From positions 53,258,001 to 53,322,000 of the forward strand of contig OZ024740.1 in assembly GCA_964016885.1 (NCBI GenBank): a stretch of 64,000 nucleotides of DNA, read 5' to 3'. Position 1 is the first letter of the stretch, and every line of letters begins with the position of its first letter. Shown piece by piece: positions 1-15,311 of this stretch. Origin of the DNA: Eledone cirrhosa (taxonomy: Eukaryota). Made by a program: the position numbers and the translations under genes. The notes beneath the pieces were generated by a model. That model did no database searches. It was not told where the DNA came from and saw only the letters and a program-made list of their open reading frames with translations.

Positions 1-337
1 TGATGCACAAACATATAGATCATAATATAAGAGCCATGTGTGGATGTATATGCATATATGTGGTCGAAAATTAGCACACAGTGGTTTTAACGAAAAAAAA
101 TAATTTAACCTAATAACAAATATTTTGATGATCCAAAACGGATAGAGAAGACTTTACTAACATCAATTTTTGTACATGTCATAAAGATCCTTTATATATA
201 TACCAGGTGCACTTTTCAAACCCCTTTTTTTTATCATTTTCCTTGCACAACGTGATTTGTATAGAATGTTCTCCAGCGTCCACACTTTTTTCAATATATA
301 TACATATATATATACATACGTACATATATACACACAC

Positions 338-418
<81 letters not shown>

Positions 419-420
<2 letters not shown>

Positions 421-547
421 GTTATGTAATAAACAACATAAGGCAATTATTTCATTTACCAGTGGTTTCTTGAAAGCAAACAAATTTTGCTTTCAAGAAA
501 CCACTGGTAAATGAAATAATTGCCTTATGTTGTTTATTACATAACTA
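419..547. repeat. Perfect fold-back palindrome (about 62-bp arms, 5-nt loop) abutting (TA)n
   Basis: 419-480 is the reverse complement of 486-547 (tagttatgtaataaac...gaaagcaaa / tttgctttc...tttattacataacta). Confidence 0.95.
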
Positions 548-903
548 TTAAGCTCTGTAACCTACATTGAGCACTCTTTTTTCCTGGACCTTTCCGACGG
601 AATTACTTCATTCACACATATATATATATATTAAGAGAAAGTGTCGTGAATAGGCCTGTTTTTTCTGAAGAAATTTTTCCTTCTTTCTGTCACTGCCCAG
701 TCTCCTCTATATTTCTATTTCTTCTTTAATTCCTCATTCTCTTTTCTGATAAAGGACTGCCCACCGAGAAATCACTTTTGCAACTATATCAAGCGTAAAA
801 TTAATAATACATTTCTTCATTGTACTCTGACTTTCGCTTTTGTTATTACTGTTTGCCTTTTGCACACACACACATATATATATATATATATGTATATATA
901 TAT

Positions 904-1054
<151 letters not shown>

Positions 1055-1184
1055 TATATGTTTATATATATATATATATATATATATTTATTTATAATAG
1101 CTCTGTACTATACAAAGAGCACTCTTCTTTCCTTTACCTTTTCTACGGAAATACATAACACCCCTATATATATATATTTATATA

Positions 1185-1221
<37 letters not shown>

Positions 1222-1786
1222 TGTATATATATATATTGTTACAGGACGGGTAGCCCGATGATAACCATTTAAACTTCACCGTCAGATTGTCTATCTTGTA
1301 ACAGTATCTTCACTCTGCTTCTCTTGAATATGGTGTACTGAGTTGCATAATGGTCTTACTGGCCTTGACTAGTAACGTCTAACAATATATACATATATAT
1401 ACGTTGGACATTTCATCTTGGTTAGGGGCAATCCCAATTCGGAGTTACTGCCCTCGGAGCTGGTAATATGATCCGGCATATAGAGTCCTTTACAGGAGGA
1501 TACTATGGCTGGTTGTGTTTCTTTACACGGTGTATGGGGTTCATTTCATTGTGCCAGCGGCACTGGAGTTACTATCTCATGCGAGATCTAAAGAGGCCTT
1601 TCTTCACTGTATCATATTTTATGGGACATGCTACTTTTTTCTGATGAGTACTGGCTTGCAGAATATATGCCTCGTGCATACATTTCATTTTGATACGATT
1701 TTACAGCTATAAGTCCTTCCAATCGCTAACAATTTTACACAATGCACTTGTACATTTTATTGTCCTCAAGACATGAAAGAAATTGT

Positions 1787-2230
1787 CCCGTGGAGGCAGG
1801 AGAGAAGAGTTCTCTCTACTGAGTTTCGTTACTTGTTCGGGGTTTTGCCTTCGTAGTCGGCTTGGCTATTCTAACAACCGCGATCCTTCGTCTCTTTAAA
1901 TTACGGCACAATTATTTCACCTGAACTGGCCCCCTCATTAGCATCATACCAAAGCACATAACAACAGAAACAGATCGCTTAAAATTCAAAATATCTGTGC
2001 ACAAATTCTTCCAAGAAATTCCGTATAAACCGCATACACTCGGATATCTCTCTGTAAACAATAACACTCGACTTGAGTGGGTCCTGGTGTCCAAATCATG
2101 ATTTAAATTTTGTCACGTGGAAGCAGGACTGAAGAGTTCTCTCTACTGAGTATCATTACTTGTTCGGGGACTTGCTTTCGTAGATGGCTTGGTTATTCTA
2201 GCAGCCGCGATGTTTCGTTTCTTTAAATTG
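1787..2230. repeat. Diverged direct repeat of about 115 bp (1787-1902 and 2116-2230)
   Basis: Both copies read gtgga.gcagga..gaagagttctctctactgagt...acttgttcgggg...ctttaaatt. Confidence 0.85.
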
Positions 2231-2832
2231 AAAAGCCCTCCCCCTCGATACCTGCCGCTGTGTTCCTCTAGCCAATTGTCGAGGTCTTTTGTCTCGTCGA
2301 TCACCACAATACTTGAGCTATGACATGCACAACTAGGAGAAAAACAGTCAACACTTTAATTACGAATGTCGTTATAGTCGGGGGTTTTATATGGCTGGAT
2401 GCTGTTCCTATCACCAAACAATTTTCATTCGGAACTGCGCGCATTATAACCACTAGATCGTGGTATTATGTGGCAGGGATATGGGGTCAAGGAGCCCACT
2501 CAATCCTACATTGGCTCCGTACCATTTTAACGTTAGCTAGAGGGATTTAAAAAATTTAAATAAATAGAAGGGATTAAAAGGAAGAGAGATCTATATCTGT
2601 ATATATAGATAGGAAAAAGGTAAGTTCTATCAGGGTGTTCATTGTTAACAGGATAATCAAAGGGAACAGATGAACGGGTCCAACTGTATTCATTACCACA
2701 TTGTTTGTGCAAAGTAATATAGTTTAATGATTTATATTTAAAATAGTCGGTTTTAGAAACATAAACTTATTTACGATAGTGGAAGCATTATGATTCTAAA
2801 CATATGCATTCGAGCACACGCACAAACACAAG

Positions 2833-2923
<91 letters not shown>

Positions 2924-2956
2924 TCTACCAGTCCGAAAAGTCAAAGGACGGAAAAT

Positions 2957-3015
2957 CCGTGGCCTGACGAAAGGGTAGGTTCGGTCACCCTTGAAAGATG
3001 TTCAGTGTCTAATTT
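2957..3015 (+). ncRNA. Degenerate type I hammerhead-like motif
   Basis: CTGACGA-aagggt(aggttcggtc)accctt-GAAA-gatg/tgtc-TA. Core and helix II are present, but helix I does not pair. Confidence 0.45.
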
Positions 3016-3068
3016 GCAATATTTGCTCACTATAAGGTAAGGACGCACAATATAACCCCCCCCCCCCC

Positions 3069-3135
<67 letters not shown>

Positions 3136-3487
3136 ATGACAATATGGACGTCATTGTTTACAGCCACATAATAATCTTTGCAGGTGATTCGAAGCCCCTG
3201 ATGTGGAGGCTGGAAATGCCTGATGTCCAAATCATGATTTAAAAACTTCACCAGTTAGACATGGCTTGAGCCAATAACCTGAGCCAATGCTGGCGAAACC
3301 TGTTAAAGTTATCAAATACACACACACACACACACACATACATACATATATATATGTATATATATGTATGCATGGCCCCGTAACACTGATAGAGACGTAG
3401 AGGCGGCGTATTGACATACGGCGTTTCCAAAGCCTAGCAGAGGCCATCCAGAGAAAAACAGAAAATGAGAAGGAGATATAGAGGAAG

Positions 3488-3997
<510 letters not shown>

Positions 3998-4129
3998 TTA
4001 ACTATGTATATGATGCAATACGGATTCTTTGTTCCCATTTATTATTATTGATACTCTGCTCCCGAAGAGTATCGCGTGCTCATCCTGGCATACCACCTGT
4101 GAACACAATTCAATAGCACCTATACTACC

Positions 4130-4187
<58 letters not shown>

Positions 4188-4205
4188 TATATATATGTAT
4201 ATATA

Positions 4206-4348
<143 letters not shown>

Positions 4349-4358
4349 TAATATATGT

Positions 4359-4401
<43 letters not shown>

Positions 4402-4435
4402 GGAAAAAATGAAACGATATTTCATTTCCCACTTA

Positions 4436-4553
<118 letters not shown>

Positions 4554-4565
4554 TATATGTATATT

Positions 4566-4596
<31 letters not shown>

Positions 4597-4823
4597 GCAC
4601 ACACACATATATATATATTGGAAAATGCGTGTATTTAAAATGCGAGAAAGTTCTGCAGGAAAGTTAACCAGGAATATTTAAAAATCTCCCCACCGAAATT
4701 AACAAAGAACTTACTAGATCTACATTGTAAAATCATAATATTATAAAATTAAATTAAATTATTTAGAACTACAAGTGAAGTCATTCTTTTCCTTTTTTTA
4801 AATATATATATACACCTATATAA

Positions 4824-4891
<68 letters not shown>

Positions 4892-5001
4892 AGTATGTGT
4901 GTATACGTACATACATATATGTATACAGACGTACAGTAGTATGCATATATATATATATATTCATACAGGTACACATACATATATGCACGTATCAGTTTAG
5001 C

Positions 5002-5557
5002 GGTTAACTCTCACAGCCTCCTCTCTCACTCCACTTCTCCTAGGACCTTCCTCAGTGGTTAACTCTCACAGCCTCCTCTCTCACTCCTCTTCTCCTAGGA
5101 CCTTCCTCAGTGGTTAACTCTCACAGCCTCCTCTCTCACTCCACTTCTCCTAGGACCTTCCTCAGTGGTTAACTCTCACAGCCTCCTCTCTCACTCCTCT
5201 TCTCCTAGGACCTTCCTCAGTGGTTAACTCTCACAGCCTCCTCTCTCACTCCTCTTCTCCTAGGACCTTCCTCAGTGGTTAACTCTCACAGCCTCCTCTC
5301 TCACTCCTCTTCTCCTAGGACCTTCCTCAGTGGTTAACTCTCACAGCCTCCTCTCTCACTCCTCTTCTCCTAGGACCTTCCTCAGTGGTTAACTCTCACA
5401 GCCTCCTCTCTCACTCCTCTCCTCCTAGGATCTTCCTCAGTGGTTAACTCTCACAGCCTCCTCTCTCACTCCTCTCCTCCTAGGACCTTCCTCAGTGGTT
5501 AACTCTCACAGCCTCCTCTCTCATTCCTCTTCTACTGCTGCCAGGACCCTTCCTCAG
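5002..5557. repeat. 55-bp minisatellite, about 10 copies
   Basis: Unit gtggttaactctcacagcctcctctctcactcctcttctcctaggaccttcctca; the unit boundary (ctcagtggtt) recurs at 5051, 5106, 5161 and onward. Confidence 0.97.
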
Positions 5558-5931
5558 CCAACTTTCATCTTTAACCTATCATTGAAACTGTTATTGTTTA
5601 CAAACGAACAAAGCGGCGTTATAATAAGCGTCCGCTAAACTGATACGTGCATATATGTATGTGTACCTGTATGTATATATATATATATATATGCATACTA
5701 CTGTACGTCTGTATACATATATGTATGTACGTATACACACATACTTACATTTAAGTAAGTGCCGTACTAAGAGTGAGAAATGAAATTTCGTTTTCATTTT
5801 ATTTCAACTTATCGTTTTCGGTATGCCTGACCGACTTGACTCACTCGATATGCAAATTAGGCTGCTCAGCCGTTAATTTTCATAAGGAAAGTATATACTT
5901 TCGAACGTTCAACTATCTGGCAGAAGGGTAT

Positions 5932-5974
5932 ACGGTGCTGATGATAGCTAACAAGCTTGAAACTAGTACATCGT
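5932..5974 (+). ncRNA. Minimal type I hammerhead ribozyme
   Basis: acggtg CTGATGA t-agct aaca agct-t GAAA ctag TA catcgt. Helix I is 6 bp and helix III is the palindrome actagt. Confidence 0.85.
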
Positions 5975-6573
5975 TCCTGTGTCAGTGTTGAACAAACAGG
6001 TGACGTGGTTGCCTTAACACCGGACGGCATAAAATCAGGCTGTTCAGTTTGTTTACAAACGAACAAAGCGGCGTTATAATAAGCGTCCGCTAAACTGATA
6101 CGTGCATATATGTATGTGTACCTGTATGTATATATATATATATATGCATACTACTGTACGTCTGTATACACATATGTATGTACGTATACACACATACTTA
6201 CATTTAAGTAAGTGCCGTACTAAGAGTGAGAAATGAAATTTCGTTTTCATTTTATTTCAACTTATATATATAGTAATAATAATGAATTTGAAGACTAAAA
6301 TCCAAAGAGGGCTCGATAAGCATAAATATATATCAAATATATAAGAACCGTAGAACAAATATTTATTAAAATAACAGATTAAAGTTTAAGCAAAGAATCT
6401 TAAATGGATTCTTTGCTTAAACTTTAATCTTTTATGTTAATATATATATATATATAGGAAAATGAACATTTTCCTATTATCCACTCTACTACCCAAAGTA
6501 TTGAGTACTCTGGTGCGTTATGGTCCACTTTGTTCCTTACGACACTTGCTTCGTTATATATATATATATAAAT

Positions 6574-6648
<75 letters not shown>

Positions 6649-7372
6649 AATATAAATTTAGCGAGAATCGTATTTCGGCAGGTAGTAATTAGCGAAACGC
6701 AACTTCCATATTATGCAGACAAGCGCTCCATGGATATGAAGAAGATGCCAGAGCTATAAACATAGGTTAAAAAGGTCATACACGCTGAGACGATGGTTAA
6801 GAAGCCATTAACCACCATAGCCAAAAAAGCGAACAAGCTAAACGGGTCAAACAAAATGAGATATGATTGAAATAGTTACCCGAACCCTCGGGGAAGATGG
6901 AATACTCCGAAATTGGGTTTCTGCAACACCTAAATCAATAATACTGTCTGCTTATAAAAAATAAGCTTTTGGTATAATGATCGAACAAGGCATCGCTTTC
7001 TCAACAGGTTTTTTTCTTCTTGCGCCATAATCTCGCAGGTTATGAAAGCACATGAGATTCTAAGGAGAGGAAACTCCTATTTTGGCCAGTGAATTCAGTA
7101 TGTATAGTTATTGCAAACATTTGCAAAAACCGCACAAAACGAATTAAGCTATCGACCGAGTTGTTTTTAAAATAAACTTAAGCGATTAATCAGTCAATAG
7201 AATTAACTAAAAAGCCCCCCAAAATTAACTTGTTAATCGCTTGACTTGGGAGATTAATACAAATATACACTTAGCGAGACTCGCATTTCGGCGGGTAGAA
7301 ATTAGCGAAACGCGTCGCTACATAACATCATTACTCTCTCTCTCTCTCTCTCTCACACACACAAACATATAC

Positions 7373-7726
<354 letters not shown>

Positions 7727-8155
7727 GTATATATATATATATGTATATGTTTGAGTGTGTTTGAGAGAGAGAGTAATGATGTTATGTAGGGATAATACAG
7801 GGATGTTCATTGTTAATGAACATTTCGTATATGAACTGGTTTGTATATTGAATCATATACGAAGTGTTCAAGAATAATGAACATCGTTGAAGAATCGCTA
7901 TATGTCAAATGGTTTTAACGTCAGCAGTAGGTAAATACTAGTTGATTTCAAACTGGACTTAAACCTCACTTAGTAGGATAGCGCAGTGGGTAGGGTTGTT
8001 ATCTCCTTCACAAAATAAGTAATCGATATTGGAGAAACAAACTATTAGATTAAAGAGAGGTGATTTATAGATCATTAGAAAGGTAAGTTGTATAGGTAAT
8101 CATGTGTGTATATGTAGTATGTGTATGTGCCTGTGTATATATATATGTGCATATA

Positions 8156-8239
<84 letters not shown>

Positions 8240-8390
8240 TACACGGGTGTGTATTATTGTGTATAGAAGATTATATTAATAAAAGGAATTCCAACTTTGT
8301 TTGGTTTACTCGTTTTATTTACAATCCTTTAAAATTATAATGGTATTAGAATGAAATAGTATGGTAGAATATTAAATGTTAAGTGTTAAT

Positions 8391-8429
8391 TGAACAAGTA
8401 CTTTCATGCTTTCGCAATCTTCAGGTTCA
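8391..8429 (-). ncRNA. Minimal type I hammerhead ribozyme
   Basis: Minus strand: tgaac CTGAAGA t-tgc gaaa gca-t GAAA gtac TT gttca. Helix III is the palindrome agtact. Confidence 0.85.
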
Positions 8430-8845
8430 TATTCAGTGGTGACAGTCAAGTTTATAATTTTCAACTGTAATGAGATGGGTAAATGCTGTACCTTATATAC
8501 AGTAAAAAGGGGCTACAGAATGCTAAGTTTTGCAAACTGTATTTCGACCAATCGGTGTGTAGTTTCACTAGATTACTAAAGCTGATTGGTTTAGGCGTCA
8601 CGGTTGGTTGAGCATGTCTAATGACTTCTATTTGACCCTATCCAAAGCACCAATTGTTTTCCTATTTTTAGAAATGATGGAAATAGCATTTTCTAGGGTT
8701 TTTATAAAAATCTTCATAATCATCACCATCGACATCACTTTCATTATTATTATTGTTGTCGTTGTTGTTGTTAGTGGTGGCAGTCGACATGGTCGTAGGC
8801 GTAGTCATAGTAGGGGTAATACCACTAAGCATTATTATTGTATGG

Positions 8846-8965
8846 TCTGAGTTCAAATCAGGCGGAGGTTAGCTTTGCCTTTCATCCTTATGGGGTCGAT
8901 AAAATAAAGTACCAGTAATGTACTGGTTAATCGCTGGCCTTGAGCCACAAGTAGAAACAATTATT
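8846..8965 (+). mobile_element. SINE fragment
   Basis: tctgagttcaaatc...tttgcctttcatccttatggggtcgataaaataaagtaccag...gtagaaacaatta. Confidence 0.85.
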
Positions 8966-9011
8966 ATTGTTCATTTAGTTTGGGCTGGAATTTATCAATA
9001 AAATTCTTTTC

Positions 9012-9049
<38 letters not shown>

Positions 9050-9524
9050 CATATATATTTATGTGTGTGTGTTGGGTGCATATGAGTGTGGATTGTTAGG
9101 AATAAAGTAAAGTTATAATACGATGTGTTGATATATGAGTTGATAAGTATATTTACAACAAATCCCAGCCTTCAAACGACGGTACAACGTAGAGGTATAT
9201 CACCCTACTACCATCAACGCCACCACCACCACCAATAAAAACAACAACAGCAGCAACAGCAACAAGATAGTAAAATCAAATTGTCGAAGTAAAAAAGAAC
9301 TGTATTCATATCAGGAACAAAAATGCAGCTTGAATACAATATCAGCAAGGTTGTATTATCGAGCGAAAATCAATATAAAGTGCATAGAGTTTTCATCTTG
9401 AGGCAATTAGATATAGTGATCTGCAGTTTCATTATACCAATCAGCTTTGATGTCATATAGCTATTGATTTTGGTGATATTCGATACAGAATGTTACATTG
9501 GTGAAGTTTGTTAAGAAGCATTGG

Positions 9525-9670
9525 AAAACACAGATGGATTCCTTACTTCCTACGTATAGAACAAAGTAGCATGTACACTCGATTATATATATATTTATAT
9601 GTATAAATATATATATAATCGAGTGTACATGCTACTTTGTTCTATACGTAGGAAGTAAGGAATCCATCTG

Positions 9671-9676
<6 letters not shown>
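9525..9676. repeat. Near-perfect fold-back palindrome with apex in a short TA tract
   Basis: aaaacacagatggattccttacttcc... and ...ggaagtaaggaatccatctgtgtttt are reverse complements. Confidence 0.95.
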
Positions 9677-9726
<50 letters not shown>

Positions 9727-9731
9727 GCACG

Positions 9732-10105
<374 letters not shown>

Positions 10106-10159
10106 GCAAAATTCACGAGCAAACTATCTCAAAATTATTTTTATACATATATACAAACC

Positions 10160-10265
<106 letters not shown>

Positions 10266-10337
10266 TGTGTGTGTGTACATATGTATATATATAAATAAAT
10301 AAATTATACAATTATCAAAGTTGTGTTCAAATCATTT

Positions 10338-10389
10338 AATAGCTGACAATCGTTTCTTCCAAACTCTCATTTGGAGTCATCGGAGCATT
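10338..10389 (-). ncRNA. Degenerate type I hammerhead motif (CCGATGA core)
   Basis: Minus strand: aatgct CCGATGA ctccaaa tgagag tttggaa GAAA cgattg TC agctatt. Confidence 0.6.
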
Positions 10390-11163
10390 ATCAATGTTTC
10401 TACATGTAATTAACATGATATTAATATCGATACATATATATTGATGTTGTGAGCAACAGTTTCGTATTTACAGGGTGGAATTACTGACCTTCCTGTTTAT
10501 GGTTGTTTATACTATATACATAACTATAAACAGTATTATTATATATATATGTATATGCATGTGTGTATAAGTGCGTGTGTTTGTGTCCCTGTCTATCGTC
10601 GTTTTTGAGTATGGCGTCTAAAAACTGGTGTAACTTATATTAATGTAACTTTAGGTCCCGTATTGTAGCAGTTTGTCAAACAAAGATCGGTAGAATAAGT
10701 ATTAGACGAAAATACATCATTGGATCGCTAAGAATGCCCAACCACTTGTATGAAGTATCCTAGCATGGCTCCAATCAATGATTGAAACCGGAATGCAGGA
10801 CACAAACGCATTTACATACACATATACGTATCCTTAAAACATAAATACACATTCACAGATAATAGAAAAATAGATAGAGATATAGCTTCATATATGGAAA
10901 GATAGATACATGTACTTAGATGGGCCCATAGCATATCAGTAGATTTTGAAACAATGCTCCGAGAACAAGAAGCAATTTAGCAATAACATTCATTACAGTA
11001 ATCAAAGATGATATATTAATCAAGACTTTTATATTAGATATGAATTGACCAAAGGGAGTAGTAATTAAGAAGAGTTTAAAAAAAATCTGCAGGTGCAGTC
11101 AGAATGTAAAGAGACAATTATGTAGCAAAATGGTAATGATTAGAATGTAACGTGATGTATTAC

Positions 11164-11815
<652 letters not shown>

Positions 11816-12044
11816 GATTTCCCCGAAACTAAATTTATTACGAGAATATTATTATCATATTTAATATTAATCTAGATATTAGTACCCTTCTTCAGCCTCT
11901 ACTTCCCATTCTATGTATATAAATATATATACGATATCTTTCTTCGCCTCCATTTATTTATCACTCCCTTTTTTTTCTTCTCTTTTGGTTACTTTTTCTA
12001 TATGTACACCTGTTTTCATGTATGCTCTTTTGTATGTATGTATG

Positions 12045-12673
12045 TTTCTCTTTCTCTTAATTTCGAGTACATTTTTGACCGGCCACCTTCCTGGTGGCAA
12101 GCGTTGTACAAGAAAAGAAATTGTCATCTCTTGAATCGCAAGAATGTTTTACAATTTTTGAAGGTGCCAGCTATCGCAGCCATTTGTAGTCTATGAATTA
12201 GGGAGCTGCGTTCCTTGTCCACAAATCCAAGTTCAGTTATACTTTGGTCCACGTGGGTTGGTATATAACCTTTAGCTCAAATAATGATGGGTATGAAGCT
12301 GAAGGTGTGACTTGGATACTTGATCTGCAAACTCCTCATCAATGGTCCGTAGATGTCCTCCTTCTCTTGTATTTTTCTTACAACGTTGACATCAAGTGGG
12401 CAGCTGATCTCTACAACAGATCATGTTTTCAATGTGTGGTCCCAAACAAAAATATCAGGCAGGTTCTGTTTTAATTTGGTGGCAGCTTTTATTTTCAGGT
12501 TCCACCAGTATTCCTTAGTGCCATCTATCTCAATATATTCCTCCTCGTTTCTTTTTAATTTTGTTTTCCTTAGTATGTTCCAGATGGTTTTAGCTATCCC
12601 ATCGTGTCTCATAGGGAGGTAGTAGCGAGATGACATTCTTTAGCAGTTGGCAACGATGTGGCTAACGTCTTCG
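12045..12673 (-). mobile_element. 3' fragment of an R4/Dong-like (restriction-like endonuclease) non-LTR retrotransposon, pseudogenised
   Basis: Minus translation EDVSHIVANC*..RHDGIAKTIW..WWNLKIK..NLPDIFVWD..*SVVEISCPLDVNVVRKIQEKEDIYGPL..IPIII*AKG..KTFLRFKR*. This gives a CCHC remnant, RHD, and PD-(D/E)xK-type RLE motifs. The 3' UTR ends in (CATA)n. Confidence 0.85.
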
Positions 12674-12771
12674 ATGTACGCATGTATGTATGTATGTATG
12701 TATGTATGTATGTATGTATGTATGTATGTATGTATGTATGTATGTATGTATGTATGTATGTATGTATGTAT

Positions 12772-13367
12772 GTCAGGTCACCAGTTGGTGCTACTGGTAA
12801 TATGTATCCCAGTACAACCTGTCTCATGGTGGGGTCGTTGGCGACTAAACTGGCAACCCCACCAAGGTTTCTTGGTGAGGAGGGTGACTTTGGACTAAAA
12901 ACAAAACCTGTCAAAGGGCAAAGGAGCTCTTAAGAGTCAATGGCCACCCAAAATCACCAGGAGAGATGACCCCTTAGCCTTTGTCAAGGCAGAATTCTAG
13001 GAGAAGGAAAACTCTGATATAACACCAGCAACTCTGATGGTATCCAATGATGTTGACTTGTTCTTCTTTTTGGTAAATATCATCTTGGTTAAGAGAGTGG
13101 GACTGGCTTTGTGCAGTGCCTTTGCTCACTGTAAAAGCTTCACGGCGCAGGCATTGCTTTATATCTGGAGATCTCTCTGCACTTGTCGTCACATGGTACC
13201 ATGGGCCCAGCACTATGTGTCAATAATTGTGACAAATGTAGTGTTTGTACCAGAGTTTTTAAGTCGCTGGCTGGACTAAAAAGTCACACTCGTTCAGCGC
13301 ATCGGTAGGGGTTCTCCTACATGGATATAAAATAGTGGCCGTACTCTAAAACAAGTTGGCAGCCACC
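12772..13367 (+). mobile_element. About 600-bp non-autonomous RTE-derived element, copy 1
   Basis: RTE-like 5' UTR motifs (ctggcaacccc; ctaggagaaggaaaactctgat) joined to a 3' C2H2 remnant (CSVCTRVFKSLAGLKSH). Flanked by (TATG)n; near-identical copies elsewhere. Confidence 0.8.
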
Positions 13368-13609
13368 ATGTATGTATGTATGTATGTATGTATGTATGTA
13401 TGTATGTATGTATGTATGTATGTATGTATGTATGTATGTATGTATGTATGTATGTACGCACGTACGTATGTATGCATGAATGTATGTATGTAGGAATATA
13501 TGTATGCCTTTCTGGTTTTATTATTTTATAAGTATTCATCAATAGCAATAGAGCCGGTTTCTAACATTGGCCTCATTCATTGGAATTTAGACATCATTTA
13601 GGTAAATAC

Positions 13610-13652
<43 letters not shown>

Positions 13653-13810
13653 ATATATATATACAATGAGTTATATGGTTTGTTGATTATTCAACAAAGT
13701 TATTTTACAACAGATTAGAAGCACTCAACCAGATTTTTTCTAGAGTATCATTAATATTAATAATAATAATAATAATAATAAATGGAAAATATCTTTATAA
13801 AACCATATTT

Positions 13811-13869
13811 ATTTTATTATACGTATTTCAAGGGTACTAATATTTAAGTACGCTTTCATCAGATAAAAT
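13811..13869 (-). ncRNA. Type I hammerhead ribozyme in the PLE 3' region
   Basis: Minus strand: attttat CTGATGA aagcgtact taaatatt agtaccctt GAAA tacgta TA ataaaat. Helix III is the palindrome atacgtat. Confidence 0.88.
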
Positions 13870-14487
13870 ATAATAATTGGTGTTAAGATAGTGACATTTC
13901 TTCATGTGAACGTAATGGTATAAGTCCAGTGAAGATAGTGAAAAGAAAGGTTCAACACTCAAGGGATATATGCTAATGAGGATAACGTTAAAACTGAAAA
14001 AAGCCATTAAGTTAAGATGCTAGATAAATTTCAAGTACTTATTTAGTTATTAGAATCTTTTTTAAGTGTTTGCTATTATAAGTTGTAGAGTTACTTTAGA
14101 GTTAGTTATAGAAATATACATATATACACCCAAAGATATATACATGGGTTTAGAAAGAATGACATAATTATACTTATTTATTTATTTAATTTTTTAATAT
14201 ATATTTTAAGAATATGGATGTATTTATAATATCTAGATGAGAATTATAATGTATTGTATTAAATTATAAACTATTAATTCATTAAAGCAATTACAACAAT
14301 ATAATATGTGAATGAAATATACAGGGCGGTGCCCCAGCATGGCCTCAGCCGGATGGCTGAAACAGGTAAAAGAGTAAAAGAGTATTATATTTACATATAC
14401 GAGTGCACTTATTTTTTTCGCATATATTTCAATACTATGAATGTAGTTATAAATATAATGTATTGTAGTATATTATAAGACATTATT

Positions 14488-14672
14488 TAGATTGGCAGTA
14501 TCGGTAGAGGGGCGGACGCCATGCTTTGACGCATAGAGTTGCGGCCCTTGCCATTCTGAGTTCAAATCCCGCCGAGATTAACTTTGCCTTTCATCCTTAT
14601 GGGGTCGATAAAATAAAGTACCAGTACTACACTGGGTAATTGCTGGCCTTGTGCCAAAAAAGTAGAAACAAT
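14488..14672 (+). mobile_element. SINE
   Basis: gattggcagtatcggtagag (A-box-like)...gagttcaaatccc (B-box-like)...gtagaaacaatta. Confidence 0.9.
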
Positions 14673-15311
14673 TATATATCGTTATCTAAAAAATAAATAA
14701 TTATTTAGTACATAAATGATTATGCGTGAATATAGATTTTATTTAATATATATATATATACAGACACATATATATATATATATACACACATAGATTTATA
14801 AATGAGTGTAGGATAGATCAAGCAATAATATATATGTATTTTATACATATACTTTAAGAATGTGAAAGTAATTATATTTTTTAAGTAAATATGTATAGTA
14901 TTAGGTATAATCTAATATTGCATATGATTAGTAATATAATATTTAAACATTTATGCAAGTTGAAATGTATCGTATATGTGAATTGTAAGCAAAGACATTT
15001 TTAGGGAAGATAACTCTAAATATTTAGTATTTTAAAGAATGTTTACGATAGATATTTAATAATATATTGTTTCATCTAATGTTTAACCTAATAATTAACT
15101 ATAATTTATATTATAATATAAGTAAATAATTCATATAAGATTTCAGAGCACCATATAGTAAATATGGTTTTGATAATAGTTTTTTACATTGTATAAGAAA
15201 TATTTCTATGTATAAACTTAAAAACATTTAAAAAACAATTAAAAATATATTGTACATAGGCAACTTATATAGTGTAGTACTTACTATAAATTGTGTTACT
15301 AAATATTGTTA

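Larger units (their letters stand above)
4889..6265 (+). mobile_element. Non-coding PLE/retrozyme-like element: inverted tail, minisatellite, partial tandem repeat around an HHR
   Basis: Direct repeats 5594-5812 and 6049-6265 (period 455). 4889-5003 is an inverted copy of 5632-5748. HHR at 5932-5974. Both ends abut (TA)n. Confidence 0.8.

Noticed and set aside
5002-5557. CRISPR-like appearance of the regular repeats
   Set aside because: Units are contiguous with no unique spacers, there are no cas genes, and the context is eukaryotic.
12421-12423. TGA at a probable Cys position in the R4-like RLE domain
   Set aside because: The copy has other nonsense changes and there is no precedent for selenocysteine in this clade, so I treat it as decay.
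12772-12870. Possible HDV-like ribozyme at the 5' end of the RTE derivative (ccagt...ctaaactgg; ggtcacc/ggtgact pairing)
   Set aside because: I could not build a consistent P1/P1.1/P3 double pseudoknot by eye; it needs a descriptor search.
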